Source: Chthoniobacteraceae bacterium
GTDB lineage: Bacteria; Verrucomicrobiota; Verrucomicrobiia; Chthoniobacterales; Chthoniobacteraceae
DNA length: 64,000 bases
Assembly (NCBI GenBank): GCA_040081625.1
Contig: JBEBGD010000001.1
Location: forward strand, 32,001-96,000
Direction of reading: 5' to 3'
In this document: positions 48,779 to 58,600 of the stretch, piece after piece
Layout of the letters: every line of letters begins with the position of its first letter
Position numbering within the stretch: the first letter of the stretch is position 1
The notes under the pieces: generated by a model
The model's database searches: none
What the model was told of the DNA's origin: nothing
The model's input: the letters and a program-made list of their open reading frames with translations, nothing else
Program-made: the position numbers and the translations under genes

Positions 48779-49693
48779 ATGCAACTCACCCAGCGCGCCT
48801 GGCCGCACATTCGGCGCTGGCTCGGCACCTGCCGGGCCGTGTTTTGGCGCGCCTGCGTGAAATACGACGAGACCGATGGCGAACAGCGCGCTGCGTCCTT
48901 CGCCTACTACGCTTTCTTCGCGGTGTTTCCGCTGCTCGTGCTGATCATCTCGGTGAGTGCGATGTTTCTGAAAAGCCCCGACATGGTCGCGGACAAGATC
49001 GCCGAGCAACTGCGCCAGCGGCTTCCCGATCCGGAATTCTCGGAGCATCTGATCCAGACGATTCGCGGCGTCGTGAAGTCGCGCACGAAGGCGTCGCTGA
49101 TCGCGTTCGTGATCCTGACGTGGAGCGCGATCCGCTTTTTCCAGGCGCTCGTGCATGGCGTAAACAAGGCGTGGGGAACGAAGGATTACCCGTGGTGGCG
49201 AATGCCGCTGAAGAATTTCTCGATGGTTCTCATCCTCGCCAGCGCGCTGCTGCTCGGCACGGTCGCCCCGGCGGTGCTGAACAATGTCGAGTTCTTCTAC
49301 TGGCGGCACGCCTGGGAGTTTCACCTCGATTTCATCGTCGTGAATCACGTCTTCGAGACGCTCCGCTATCTGTTGCCGCCGCTGGTGCTCTTCTACGGCT
49401 TCACGATGTTTTACAAATTCGCGCCGCGCCGACGGACGCTTTTTCGCGAGATCTGGCCCGCGTCGCTCCTCGTCACGTTTGGCATGGATCAACTCCAGCG
49501 GCTCTTCCTGCTCTTCACGACGAACGTCACGAACTTCAACGCGATCTACGGCACGTTCGGGTCGATCGTCGCCTTCCTCCTGTGGATTTACCTCACCGGC
49601 ACGCTCATCATTTTCGGCGGCTGCTTTGCGGCAGCGCAGTATGAGATCCGGTTGAGCCTGAGCGACCAGTCGGAGTCGAACCACCCATACTGA
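48779..49693 (+). CDS. YihY/virulence factor BrkB family membrane protein
   Basis: AASFAYYAFFAVFPLL, VNKAW, YKFAP, IYGTFGSIVAFLLWIY. Confidence 0.92.
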   Translation: MQLTQRAWPHIRRWLGTCRAVFWRACVKYDETDGEQRAASFAYYAFFAVFPLLVLIISVSAMFLKSPDMVADKIAEQLRQRLPDPEFSEHLIQTIRGVVKSRTKASLIAFVILTWSAIRFFQALVHGVNKAWGTKDYPWWRMPLKNFSMVLILASALLLGTVAPAVLNNVEFFYWRHAWEFHLDFIVVNHVFETLRYLLPPLVLFYGFTMFYKFAPRRRTLFREIWPASLLVTFGMDQLQRLFLLFTTNVTNFNAIYGTFGSIVAFLLWIYLTGTLIIFGGCFAAAQYEIRLSLSDQSESNHPY

Positions 49694-50550
49694 TGCTCAC
49701 CGACACCCACGCGCATCTCGACTTCCCCGACTTCGCCGCGGACCTCGACGCCGTGCTCAACCGCGCGCGCAAAGCCGGCGTGCATCGCTTCATCACCATC
49801 GGCACGACGATCGAGGGAAGCCGCCGCGCGATCGAGCTGGCGGACCGATTTCCCATGGTCTGGGCGACGGTGGGCGTGCATCCGTCGAATGCCATGGAAG
49901 CGCCCGACGATGTGCTCACGCCGCTGCGCGAACTGGCGAAACATCCGCGCGTCGTCGCGCTCGGCGAATGCGGGCTCGATTATCACCGCCTGCCGGGCGC
50001 GGGCAGCCTCTCGCCACAGCCGGCGTATCTCGCGGAGATGCCGCTGAACGATCCGCGCGAAGCCGAGGCCTCGGTCCGCGATGGCGCGGTGAAGGCGAAG
50101 CAGTCGCTCATCTTCGAGCAGCAGCTCGATCTCGCAGTCGAGACCGCTCTGCCGCTGGTGATCCACGAACGCGACGCGTGGGCCGATACACTCGCGCAGC
50201 TCGATCCCTTTACTGGCAAGGCGCGCGCGGTCTTCCATTGCTTCGGCAAGGGATTCGATCAAGCCGGCGAAGTGCTCGCGCGCGGCCACCTCGTGAGCTT
50301 CACCGGAATCGTGACGTTCAAGAATGCGGCGAGCGTTCACGACTGCGCGACGCGGCTGGCGGCGGGCAGCTTCATGGTCGAGACGGACTGCCCGTTTCTC
50401 GCGCCGGTGCCCTTTCGCGGAAAGCGCTGCGAGCCCGCGCACGTGCGGACGACCGCCGAGCGGATCGCGGCGATGCGCGGCGTGCCGCTCGATCAACTCG
50501 CCGCGGAAACGGAGACGACGGTGAACGGATTCTTCCGATTCCGCCGCTGA
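49693..50550 (+). CDS. tatD: TatD family hydrolase
   Basis: DTHAHL, GVHP, GECGLDY, VIHER, FHCF, ETDCPFLAP. Confidence 0.93.
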   Translation: MLTDTHAHLDFPDFAADLDAVLNRARKAGVHRFITIGTTIEGSRRAIELADRFPMVWATVGVHPSNAMEAPDDVLTPLRELAKHPRVVALGECGLDYHRLPGAGSLSPQPAYLAEMPLNDPREAEASVRDGAVKAKQSLIFEQQLDLAVETALPLVIHERDAWADTLAQLDPFTGKARAVFHCFGKGFDQAGEVLARGHLVSFTGIVTFKNAASVHDCATRLAAGSFMVETDCPFLAPVPFRGKRCEPAHVRTTAERIAAMRGVPLDQLAAETETTVNGFFRFRR

Positions 50551-50767
50551 GCCGATGGTCGCGCGGCCGGGCGGGATACTTCGCGGGGCACGCGTCCGGG
50601 TTTGCCGCCGCGCCGCTGCCGCGGAGCACAGGCTCAACGGCAAAGCCGACGCGCGGAGAAGGCCGGGAGGTCGCGCGCGCGGTTCGTCACCTTCGGCTCG
50701 CGGCGAAGCGGCAGGTGCGTGGGCGATTGACAGGCGTGCTCATCCATCCATCCTCCGCGCTCCACAC

Positions 50768-52147
50768 ATGAAACCGTCTCCCACTCCCCGTCGTGAATTT
50801 CTCAAGACCGCCGCTGCCGTCTCCGCGCTGGCTGGCGTGAAGATCCCCGCCGTTCACGCGGCGGGCAGCGAGCAGATCAATGTCGCCCTCGTCGGCTGCG
50901 GCGGACGCGGCACGGGCGCGGCGAAGAACGCGCTCGATCAGAGCGGCCCGCCGATCAACATCGTCGCGATGGCGGATGTGTATGAGCACAAGCTCAAGAA
51001 CAGCTTCGAGAACCTTTCGAAGCAAAACGCCACGCAGGTGAAGGTGCCGGAGGATCACAAATTCATCGGCTTCGACGGCTACAAGAAGGCGATCGACTGC
51101 CTCAAGAAGGGCGACGTCGCGATCTTCACAACGCCGATGGCGTTCCGCGCGCCGCACTTCAAATACGCGATCGAGAAGGGCGTGAACATCTTCATGGAGA
51201 AGCCGGTTACGGCGGACGGTCCGAAGTCGCGCCTGATGCTCGAACTGAACAAGCAGGCCGAAGCGAAGGGGCTGAAAGTGGGCGTCGGATTGAACAGCCG
51301 TCACAGCCGCGGCATGCAGCAGCTCAAGGAGCGCGTCGATAACGGCGAGATCGGCGACATCATGTTCATGCGCGGGTATCGCATGCAGCCGCCGATCGGT
51401 TCGGCCTTCTCGGAAAAATATCCCGGTCCGAACAACGACCTGCCCGGCAAGCCGAATGAACTGCTCTGGCAGCTCTCGCGTTTCCACAGCTTCATCTGGG
51501 CGAGCGGCGGCGGGTTTAGCGACTTCAACATTCATCACATCGATCACCTGTGCTGGATGAAGGGCGCGTGGCCGGTCAAGTGCCAGGCTCTCGGCGGTCG
51601 GACGTTGCGGGGCAACTACGTGGACCAGAACTTCGACAGCTACTCGTGCGAATACACCTTTGAGGACGGCACGAAACTCTACATGGACGGACGCACCATG
51701 ATTGGCGCGTATTCGCACTACTCGAGCTACGTGCATGGCACGAAGGGAATCGCGGTTTGCGCGAAGAGCGGCGATACGGGCCAGCCGTCGAGCATCCACA
51801 AAGGCCAGAACCCCGACCGCAAGAGCCAGGTTTGGGCAGCCGAGGAAGGCCCGACCGAGAAGTCGTCGCACTTCAACGAGTGGACCGATCTCGTGGACGC
51901 GATCCGCAACGACAAGCCGTTCAACGAAGTGAAGCGCGGCGTCGAGGCGAGCGTGGTGACGAACATGGGCCGCTTCGCCGCGCACACCGCTCAGGAGGTG
52001 ACCTTCGAGCAGATGCTCAATCACACTCACGAATACTGCCCGGACGCCGACAAGCTCACGATGGACAGCCCGCCGCCGATCGTTGCCGACAAGGACGGCA
52101 AGTATCCCGTGCCGGAGCCGGGCCTGAAGAAGGACCGCGAGTATTGA
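50768..52147 (+). CDS. Tat-exported Gfo/Idh/MocA oxidoreductase
   Basis: RREFLK Tat motif; VGCGGRGTGA; FMEKP; HHIDH; TTGACA about 40 nt upstream. Confidence 0.92.
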   Translation: MKPSPTPRREFLKTAAAVSALAGVKIPAVHAAGSEQINVALVGCGGRGTGAAKNALDQSGPPINIVAMADVYEHKLKNSFENLSKQNATQVKVPEDHKFIGFDGYKKAIDCLKKGDVAIFTTPMAFRAPHFKYAIEKGVNIFMEKPVTADGPKSRLMLELNKQAEAKGLKVGVGLNSRHSRGMQQLKERVDNGEIGDIMFMRGYRMQPPIGSAFSEKYPGPNNDLPGKPNELLWQLSRFHSFIWASGGGFSDFNIHHIDHLCWMKGAWPVKCQALGGRTLRGNYVDQNFDSYSCEYTFEDGTKLYMDGRTMIGAYSHYSSYVHGTKGIAVCAKSGDTGQPSSIHKGQNPDRKSQVWAAEEGPTEKSSHFNEWTDLVDAIRNDKPFNEVKRGVEASVVTNMGRFAAHTAQEVTFEQMLNHTHEYCPDADKLTMDSPPPIVADKDGKYPVPEPGLKKDREY

Positions 52148-52160
52148 GCAAAGCCCGGCG

Positions 52161-52267
52161 ATGGAGCGCTGGCGTCCCCGCCGGCCACGATCCTGCCGTG
52201 GCGAAGCCGACTGCATTTGAGGCGCTGCGCGTGCGTGTTGATGGCCGGCGAGACGCCAGCGCTCCAT
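52161..52267. repeat. REP-like inverted-repeat doublet overlapping the downstream start codon
   Basis: atggagcgctggcgtccccgccggcca (52161-52187) vs tggccggcgagacgccagcgctccat (52242-52267): reverse complements except one mismatch and one indel. Confidence 0.8.
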
Positions 52268-52937
52268 GAACGCGCTCATCTCCGCACGCGATCTCACGCG
52301 CACCTACGCAAACGGCGTCCGCGCGCTCGCCGGCGTGTCGTTTGAAATCGACGTCGGCGATTTCGTCGCGATCACCGGCCCGAGCGGCTGCGGCAAGAGC
52401 ACGCTGCTGCACCTGCTCGGCGGGCTCGACACGCCGACGAGCGGCAAGCTTTCGATCGATGGGCTCGCGTTGCACGCCGCGAAGGAAGCGGAGCTGACCC
52501 GCTTCCGCCGCCGCACAGTCGGCATCGTCTTCCAGTTCTTTCACCTACTGCCGACGATGAGCGCGGTGGAGAATGTGATGCTCCCGCGCCTGCTCCACGG
52601 CGAAGCGTCGCGCATCGTCCGTCCGCGCGCCGAGGCGCTGCTCGCGCAGGTCGGCCTCGCGGATCGTGCCACGCATTTTCCGCATCAGCTCAGCGGCGGC
52701 GAGATGCAGCGCGTCGCCATCGCCCGCGCGCTCGTCGGCGAACCACGCCTGCTCCTCGCCGATGAACCGACCGGCAATCTCGACACCATCGCCGCCGCGC
52801 AAGTGCTGGCCTTGCTCAAAGAGATCGCTTCCCAAGGCTTCGTCACCTTGGTAGTCGTCACCCACAGCACCGAGGTCGCGCGACTTGCACGGAGACAACT
52901 CCGGATGCGCGACGGCGGTCTGCTACCCGACCCATGA
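52266..52937 (+). CDS. ABC transporter ATP-binding protein (LolD/MacB-like)
   Basis: GPSGCGKST, VFQFFHL, LSGGEMQR, LLADEPTGNLD, VTH. Confidence 0.93.
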   Translation: MNALISARDLTRTYANGVRALAGVSFEIDVGDFVAITGPSGCGKSTLLHLLGGLDTPTSGKLSIDGLALHAAKEAELTRFRRRTVGIVFQFFHLLPTMSAVENVMLPRLLHGEASRIVRPRAEALLAQVGLADRATHFPHQLSGGEMQRVAIARALVGEPRLLLADEPTGNLDTIAAAQVLALLKEIASQGFVTLVVVTHSTEVARLARRQLRMRDGGLLPDP

Positions 52938-53410
52938 GCCAAGACGAACTGCGCACCAAACTTCGCAACGCCCCCATCTTCCGCGAATTCACCGACCGTG
53001 ATGTCTCGGAACTGCTCAACCTCCTCGAGTTGGCAAATGTTCCCGCCGGCACGGCCATCGTCCGCCAGGATGATCTCGGCGACGCGATGTATGTCGTCAT
53101 CGCGGGGCAATGCCGCGTCGTCCACCACAAGGGCGGGCGCGACATCGAACTCGGGATCATCAAGGAGGGCGACTTCTTCGGCGAGATCGCGCTGGTCGAT
53201 CATGGTCCGCGCAGCGCCGATGTCATCGCGCTCACCGACACGACCTTCGTGACGATCTCGCAGGCCGTGATCTCTGCGCTGGCCGGGGTGCATCCCGGCG
53301 CCGCCTTCAAGCTGGTCGTGGCGATCGGCCGCATCGTCGTCGAGCGCTTGCGCCACGCAAACGAGCGCTACGTGGACAGCCTGCTCTTCCCGCTTCAGGG
53401 GAAGGATTGA
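52934..53410 (+). CDS. Stand-alone cyclic nucleotide-binding domain protein
   Basis: GDFFGEIAL...PRSADV phosphate-binding cassette. Confidence 0.9.
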   Translation: MSQDELRTKLRNAPIFREFTDRDVSELLNLLELANVPAGTAIVRQDDLGDAMYVVIAGQCRVVHHKGGRDIELGIIKEGDFFGEIALVDHGPRSADVIALTDTTFVTISQAVISALAGVHPGAAFKLVVAIGRIVVERLRHANERYVDSLLFPLQGKD

Positions 53411-54408
53411 GCGCCGCCGTGCGCTTCCGCGTCGTCATCACCGACCTCATCACCGATGCGCTCGAACGTGAGCGCGCCATACTCGACGATATCGCGGATG
53501 TGACCGCCCTCGGCGCGCGCCACGAAGACGAACTCGCCGGGCGCATCGAGGAAGCCGACGCGCTCATCGTCTTCCACGACATCGCGGTGACGCGCAAAAC
53601 CATCGCCCGACTCACGCGCTGCCGGCTCATCGTCCGCGCCGGTGTCGGCTTCGACAACGTGGACCACTCCTTTGCCCGCGAGCGCGGTATCCCGGTCGCG
53701 AACGTGCCTGACTACGGGGCGGAGGAAGTCGCCGACTCGGCGATCGGCATGATGCTCGCGCTCACACGCGGCATCTCGTTTTTCAACACGCGCATGCACG
53801 ACGGTCGCGGCGCGTGGGACTACCGCGAAGGCGTGCCGCTGCGGCGTTTGCGCGGGCGCGTCTTCGGCATCGTCGGACTGGGGCGCATCGGGAGCGCAGC
53901 GGCTCTGCGCGCGAAAGCGATCGGTCTCGACGTGATCTTCCACGACCCTTACGTGCGCGACGGCTGCGACAAGGCGCTCGGCATCCGCCGCGTCGAGACG
54001 CTCGACGAACTGCTCGCGCAAAGCCACGTCGTCAGCCTGCACTGCCCGCTCACGCCGGAGACGCGCGGTTTGATCGGCGCGACTGCGCTCGCGAAAATGC
54101 AGCGCGGCGCCTTCCTCGTGAACACCGCGCGCGGCGCCATCGTGGACACCTCCGCCATCGCTCCCGCAATCGCGAGCGGCCAGCTCGCAGGCGCGGCGCT
54201 CGACGTCCTGCCCATCGAGCCGCCGCCCGCCGATGATCCGCTGACGCTCGCGTGGCGCGATCCGCAGCACCCCGCGCACGACCGGGTCATCATCAATCCG
54301 CACGCGGCGTTCTGCTGCGAGGAAGGCATGATCGAGATGCGCACGAAGTCCTGCGCAAACGTCCGCCGCTGCCTGCTCGGCGAGCGGGTGCGAAATGTCG
54401 TGAACTAG
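53407..54408 (+). CDS. D-2-hydroxyacid dehydrogenase (CtBP-like)
   Basis: RAGVGFDNVD, NVPDYG, GLGRIG, SLHCPL, VNTARG, ALDV, NPHAAF; TTG start overlapping the previous stop. Confidence 0.92.
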   Translation: MSAAVRFRVVITDLITDALERERAILDDIADVTALGARHEDELAGRIEEADALIVFHDIAVTRKTIARLTRCRLIVRAGVGFDNVDHSFARERGIPVANVPDYGAEEVADSAIGMMLALTRGISFFNTRMHDGRGAWDYREGVPLRRLRGRVFGIVGLGRIGSAAALRAKAIGLDVIFHDPYVRDGCDKALGIRRVETLDELLAQSHVVSLHCPLTPETRGLIGATALAKMQRGAFLVNTARGAIVDTSAIAPAIASGQLAGAALDVLPIEPPPADDPLTLAWRDPQHPAHDRVIINPHAAFCCEEGMIEMRTKSCANVRRCLLGERVRNVVN

Positions 54409-54418
54409 ACGACGCCTC

Positions 54419-55669
54419 ATGCGCGCTCGCTTCACACTCCTCGCCGTGCTCATGTCCTTTGCGCGGGCCGATGACTGGCCGCAATGGCGCGGTCCACAGC
54501 GCGATGGAGTGTGGCGCGAGTCGTTCCCGGTGGAGGGTGTGAAGATCGTGTGGCGCGCTCCGGTGGGCGCGGGCTGGGCGAGTCCGAGCGTCGCGGATGG
54601 GCGGGTGTTCGTCGCGGACGCGGAATTGGTGAAGCCGACCGCGCGTGAGCGAGTGCAGGGCTTCGATGCGACGAGCGGGAAGGTGCTGTGGACTTACGCT
54701 TACGACGTGTCGTATCCCGAGTGGGCGTTCTCGCCCGATCAAGCCAACGGCCCTGCCGCGACGCCCGTGGTTGTGGACGGGAAGGTTTATGCGCTCGGCG
54801 GAAGCGGCGAGGTCCTGTGCCTCGCGGCGGCGACAGGCGAACTGCTCTGGCGCAAGGATCTCGGCAAGGAATACAAAGTGCCGACGCTACAGTGCCGCCC
54901 GTCGCCGCTGATCGATGGCGATCTGCTCATCATGCATCCCGGTGCAAAACCCGGCGCGTGCGTGCTGGCGCTGGACCGTCACACCGGGCGCGAAGTGTGG
55001 AAGGCGCTGAACGAATCCGTCTCGAACAGCTCGCCGATCATCATCACCTCGGGCGGGGAGCGGCAGTTGATCGTGTGGACCGGGGAGTCGGTCGCGTCGC
55101 TCGATCCCGCGAACGGCACGACGTTCTGGCGCGAGCCGATGACGACGAGCAGCAACGACGACATCGCCACGCCCGTCTGGTCGGGCGACCGGCTGCTCAT
55201 CAGCGGGCTCATGTTCAAACTTGATGCGCGGAAGCCCGCGGCGTCCATCGTCTGGCCGGAGAATCGCGGCGTGAGCAAACGCGTGCTCAGCAACACCTCG
55301 ACGCCGATGCTCGCGGGCGACTTGGTCTTCTCCGCGACGAACCGCGGCGACCTCGTATGCCTCGACGCGACGACCGGCGCGGAGTTGTGGAAGACGGACA
55401 AGGCGACCGACCACAAGAGCGGCCCTAGCATTCACCTCACGCAGCATGGCGACGCCTTCTTCCTCTACAACAATCTCGGCGAACTGATCCGCGCGCGACT
55501 CACGCGCACGGGCTACGAGGAGATCAGCCGCTCGCGCGTGATCGAACCGGTGATGCCCTTCGGCGGGCGCAAGCTCACGTGGTCGCCGCCTGCGTATGCG
55601 AACCGCCACATCTTCGTGCGTAACGAGCGCGAGCTTGTCTGCGCATCGCTCGCAGCCGGGGCGAAGTGA
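54419..55669 (+). CDS. PQQ-binding-like beta-propeller protein
   Basis: Signal peptide, DWPQWRGP, GPAATP, SSPI, WSPPAYANR. Confidence 0.9.
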   Translation: MRARFTLLAVLMSFARADDWPQWRGPQRDGVWRESFPVEGVKIVWRAPVGAGWASPSVADGRVFVADAELVKPTARERVQGFDATSGKVLWTYAYDVSYPEWAFSPDQANGPAATPVVVDGKVYALGGSGEVLCLAAATGELLWRKDLGKEYKVPTLQCRPSPLIDGDLLIMHPGAKPGACVLALDRHTGREVWKALNESVSNSSPIIITSGGERQLIVWTGESVASLDPANGTTFWREPMTTSSNDDIATPVWSGDRLLISGLMFKLDARKPAASIVWPENRGVSKRVLSNTSTPMLAGDLVFSATNRGDLVCLDATTGAELWKTDKATDHKSGPSIHLTQHGDAFFLYNNLGELIRARLTRTGYEEISRSRVIEPVMPFGGRKLTWSPPAYANRHIFVRNERELVCASLAAGAK

Positions 55670-55679
55670 GCGCTCCGCG

Positions 55680-58600
55680 CTACGGCCGCTTCACGCTCAC
55701 GTGGTCGAAGATCGCGGTCGTCGCCTCGTCGGGATCGGCGGCGCCGGCGATGAGCGCGACGTAACACGCGGCGCCCATCGGCACCGCACGCACGCCGAGC
55801 GAACTCCACGCGACGCCGTCCACGGAGATGTAAGAGGTAAAGTTTGTGCCACGGCGCACGAGCTTGACCCACTGCGGCGCGGCGACACCGGGACGTGCGG
55901 ACGTCGCGGTGCTCGCGGCGGGCTCAGCGCGCGACTTTCGCAACGCACCTTGCTCGCACGTGATCACAACGGCGGCGTGACGCGCGCTTGCGGAGAGCGA
56001 TTCGCGAAACATCACGCCCGCGTGCGCCGCCGGCGCGGTTTCGGCGAGCGAGGCGAGGCGGGCGATGATCGTGCCATCGCCGCTCCACGGGCGAAAGACG
56101 ACGCGGCCCTGGTCCGATGGCGCACCGAGTCCCGGCCCGACGGTTGTGAGCGTGAAAACACCGACACTCTCCGAAGCGGTGCCGCCTTGTGCAGTCGGGC
56201 CGATGTCGCGGCTGACCCAGGGCGCGGGCAGCGCGCCCGGCACGGTGCTCACGGTGACTGCGATCGGCGTGGAGGTCGTCTGGAGGCCGGAGAAATCGAA
56301 GGCCCGCGCGGTGAGCGAGTAGCTGCCCGCCGCGACGCCGGGCCACGAAAAGCGGAACGGTGCGCGCGCATCGATCGCAAGCTTCTTTGCGCCGTTGAAG
56401 AGCTCGACCCGCGCAATGCCGCCGTCGGGATCGCTCGCTCGCGCGTCGATCGCGATGACGACGGGCGTCGAGAATGTCGCGCCTTCGGCGGGGCTGCTGA
56501 CCGCGACCGTGGGAGCGGAAGGCGAGGGGAGTGCGCGCACGACGACGTTGTCGAAAACGGCGCTCGCGGCCTGGCCGTCGGCGCCTGAGGACGCGACGAG
56601 GCCGACGAAAAGCGACCTCGCCATCGGGAGCGACGCGGTGCCGAGTTGCTGCCACTGCGCGCCATCGGTGGAGGTGTAAGCCGTGCAGCGCAAGCCGTGT
56701 CGCACAAGCCGCAGCCAGCGCGGCGCGGCGATCATGGTGTTGACCTGCTGCGCGAAGGTCTGGCCGGGCTGCGTGCGCCAGCGGAAGAGCGCGCCCTGGC
56801 CCACGGTCAGCTCGAGCAGCGCGAAGCGAGATGTGCCGCCCGGCTTCTCGCGAAACATCACGCCGCCGAATGATTTCGCGACCGGCCCGCTGAGCGTCGG
56901 GAGGCGCGCGATGATTTCGCCGTCGCCGATCCACGGCTGTGAGAGGAAGTGAAACTCGTCCTTGAGCGCGCTCACGCCCGCGCCGGACGCGTCGAGAGTG
57001 TAGGTGCCGTCGCTGTAGCTGGCCTGCCCGGCGATGTTGACGACGCCGATGTCGGCGGCGTGCCAGACCGGCGGCAGGGTGGTGTCGCTGTTCATCGTCA
57101 CGTGGACTGGAGCGGAGTCGCGCGTGGCGCCGCGGTCATCGGTCGCGCGGGCGAAAAGGGTGTGGCTGCCTGCGGGTGCGCTCGGCCATTGGATGGCGAA
57201 CGGCGCGCTCGTGTCGGTGCCGAGCAAACTGGCGCCGGCGAAGAACTCGACGCGCGCCACGCCGCCGTCGGTGTCGCTGGCACTCGCGGTGAGCGAGACG
57301 GTCGCCGGGAGGGTGAAGGTCGCATCTTCCGCAGGGCTCGTGAGCGTGACGTTCGGAGGCTGGTTTGGCGTTCCGGTGACGTTGATCACGAGCCCCGACG
57401 ATTGGGTCACGCCGCCATCGCCGTCGTTGATCGTCGCCGTGAGCGTGCGCGTTCCATTGCCCTGAAAAGCCGCGCCGACGCGCCGCAGGATCGCCCTCGC
57501 GGCCGCGGGCGTGGCGACCGAGTTGAAGGTGATTACGAGCGGCTGTCCCGCAGTGCCGCCCGCGAGCGTGCCGACGACGTAACCTTCATAGCGCACATCC
57601 GCACCGCTCAGATTGACCTGCGCCGCGCCGTCGCCCTGCGGCAGAATCCCGAGCGTGTCGCCGCTGAGCGCGCCGGCGGACTGCACGGTGAGTCCGCCGA
57701 AGTCGAACTGCAGGCTGTCCGCGTCCGAGATCGTGGCGGCGGCATCGACGACGAGCAGGCCCGTGCCCGCGATGCGGCTGAGCGGCGAGGCGGCCCACGC
57801 GATCTGCGGCGCGATGTTGGTCGTGTTCGGATGGAGCCGCACTTCCCGTGTCACCGATGCGCCGAGGTCGTCGGTCACCGTCGCGGTGATGCGGTAGTAA
57901 AACGTCGAGCCGGCGGTGTGGTTCGGCGAGATCACGGCGGTGGTGGATGCCGCATCGATCGGCGGCTCCGGGTGCTCGTGCGCGTCGTGGTGGAGAAAGA
58001 CCTGCCAGCGCGTGGTGGTGGGATGCCCCGGCGATTCCACGACCCGCCTCAGCAGAGCGTAGGAGTTCGTCGCGTTGAGCGCATACTTTCCGCCATCGAC
58101 CGGGCTCACGATCTCGAGCTGCGGCAGCGTGTGATTCACAAAGACCGCGAGTGTCGCCTGTGTGGTTGCGTCGAAGGGATCCTTCACGGTCAGTGTCACG
58201 TCGAAGCGCGCCGCGCCGCCGATTGCGAATGTCTTCGTGGGATTCGCCAGCGTGCTCGTGGTGCCGTCGCCGAAGGACCAGAGATACGTGAGCGGGTCGC
58301 CGTCGGGATCTGCTGCGTTGCTCGTGAAATGAATCGTGAGCGGGGACGGGCCGATCGTCGCGTCGGCGCTCGCGCTGGCTGTCGGCGGGCGATTGTCCGA
58401 AGCGGTGTAAACGACCTGCCGCACGATGTTCGCCGCAAGGCCGACGTAGTAGAGCGAGCCGCGCGTCGGGTGAGTCGTGATGAAGACCGGGCCGCTCGCG
58501 GCGGGCAGGAAGTTGCGCACGAGCGTCGGCTTGTTGTTCGCATCGAGCGTCAGGTTGCGGATCCAATTTGCCGCGTAGTCGGCGAAGAAATACGTGCCCG

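Noticed and set aside
50591..50653. Imperfect stem (cgcgtccgggtttgccg / cggcaaagccgacgcg) as a riboswitch
   Set aside because: It lies upstream of the TTGACA promoter candidate and matches no riboswitch consensus I can verify; probably a terminator-like or decayed repeat hairpin.
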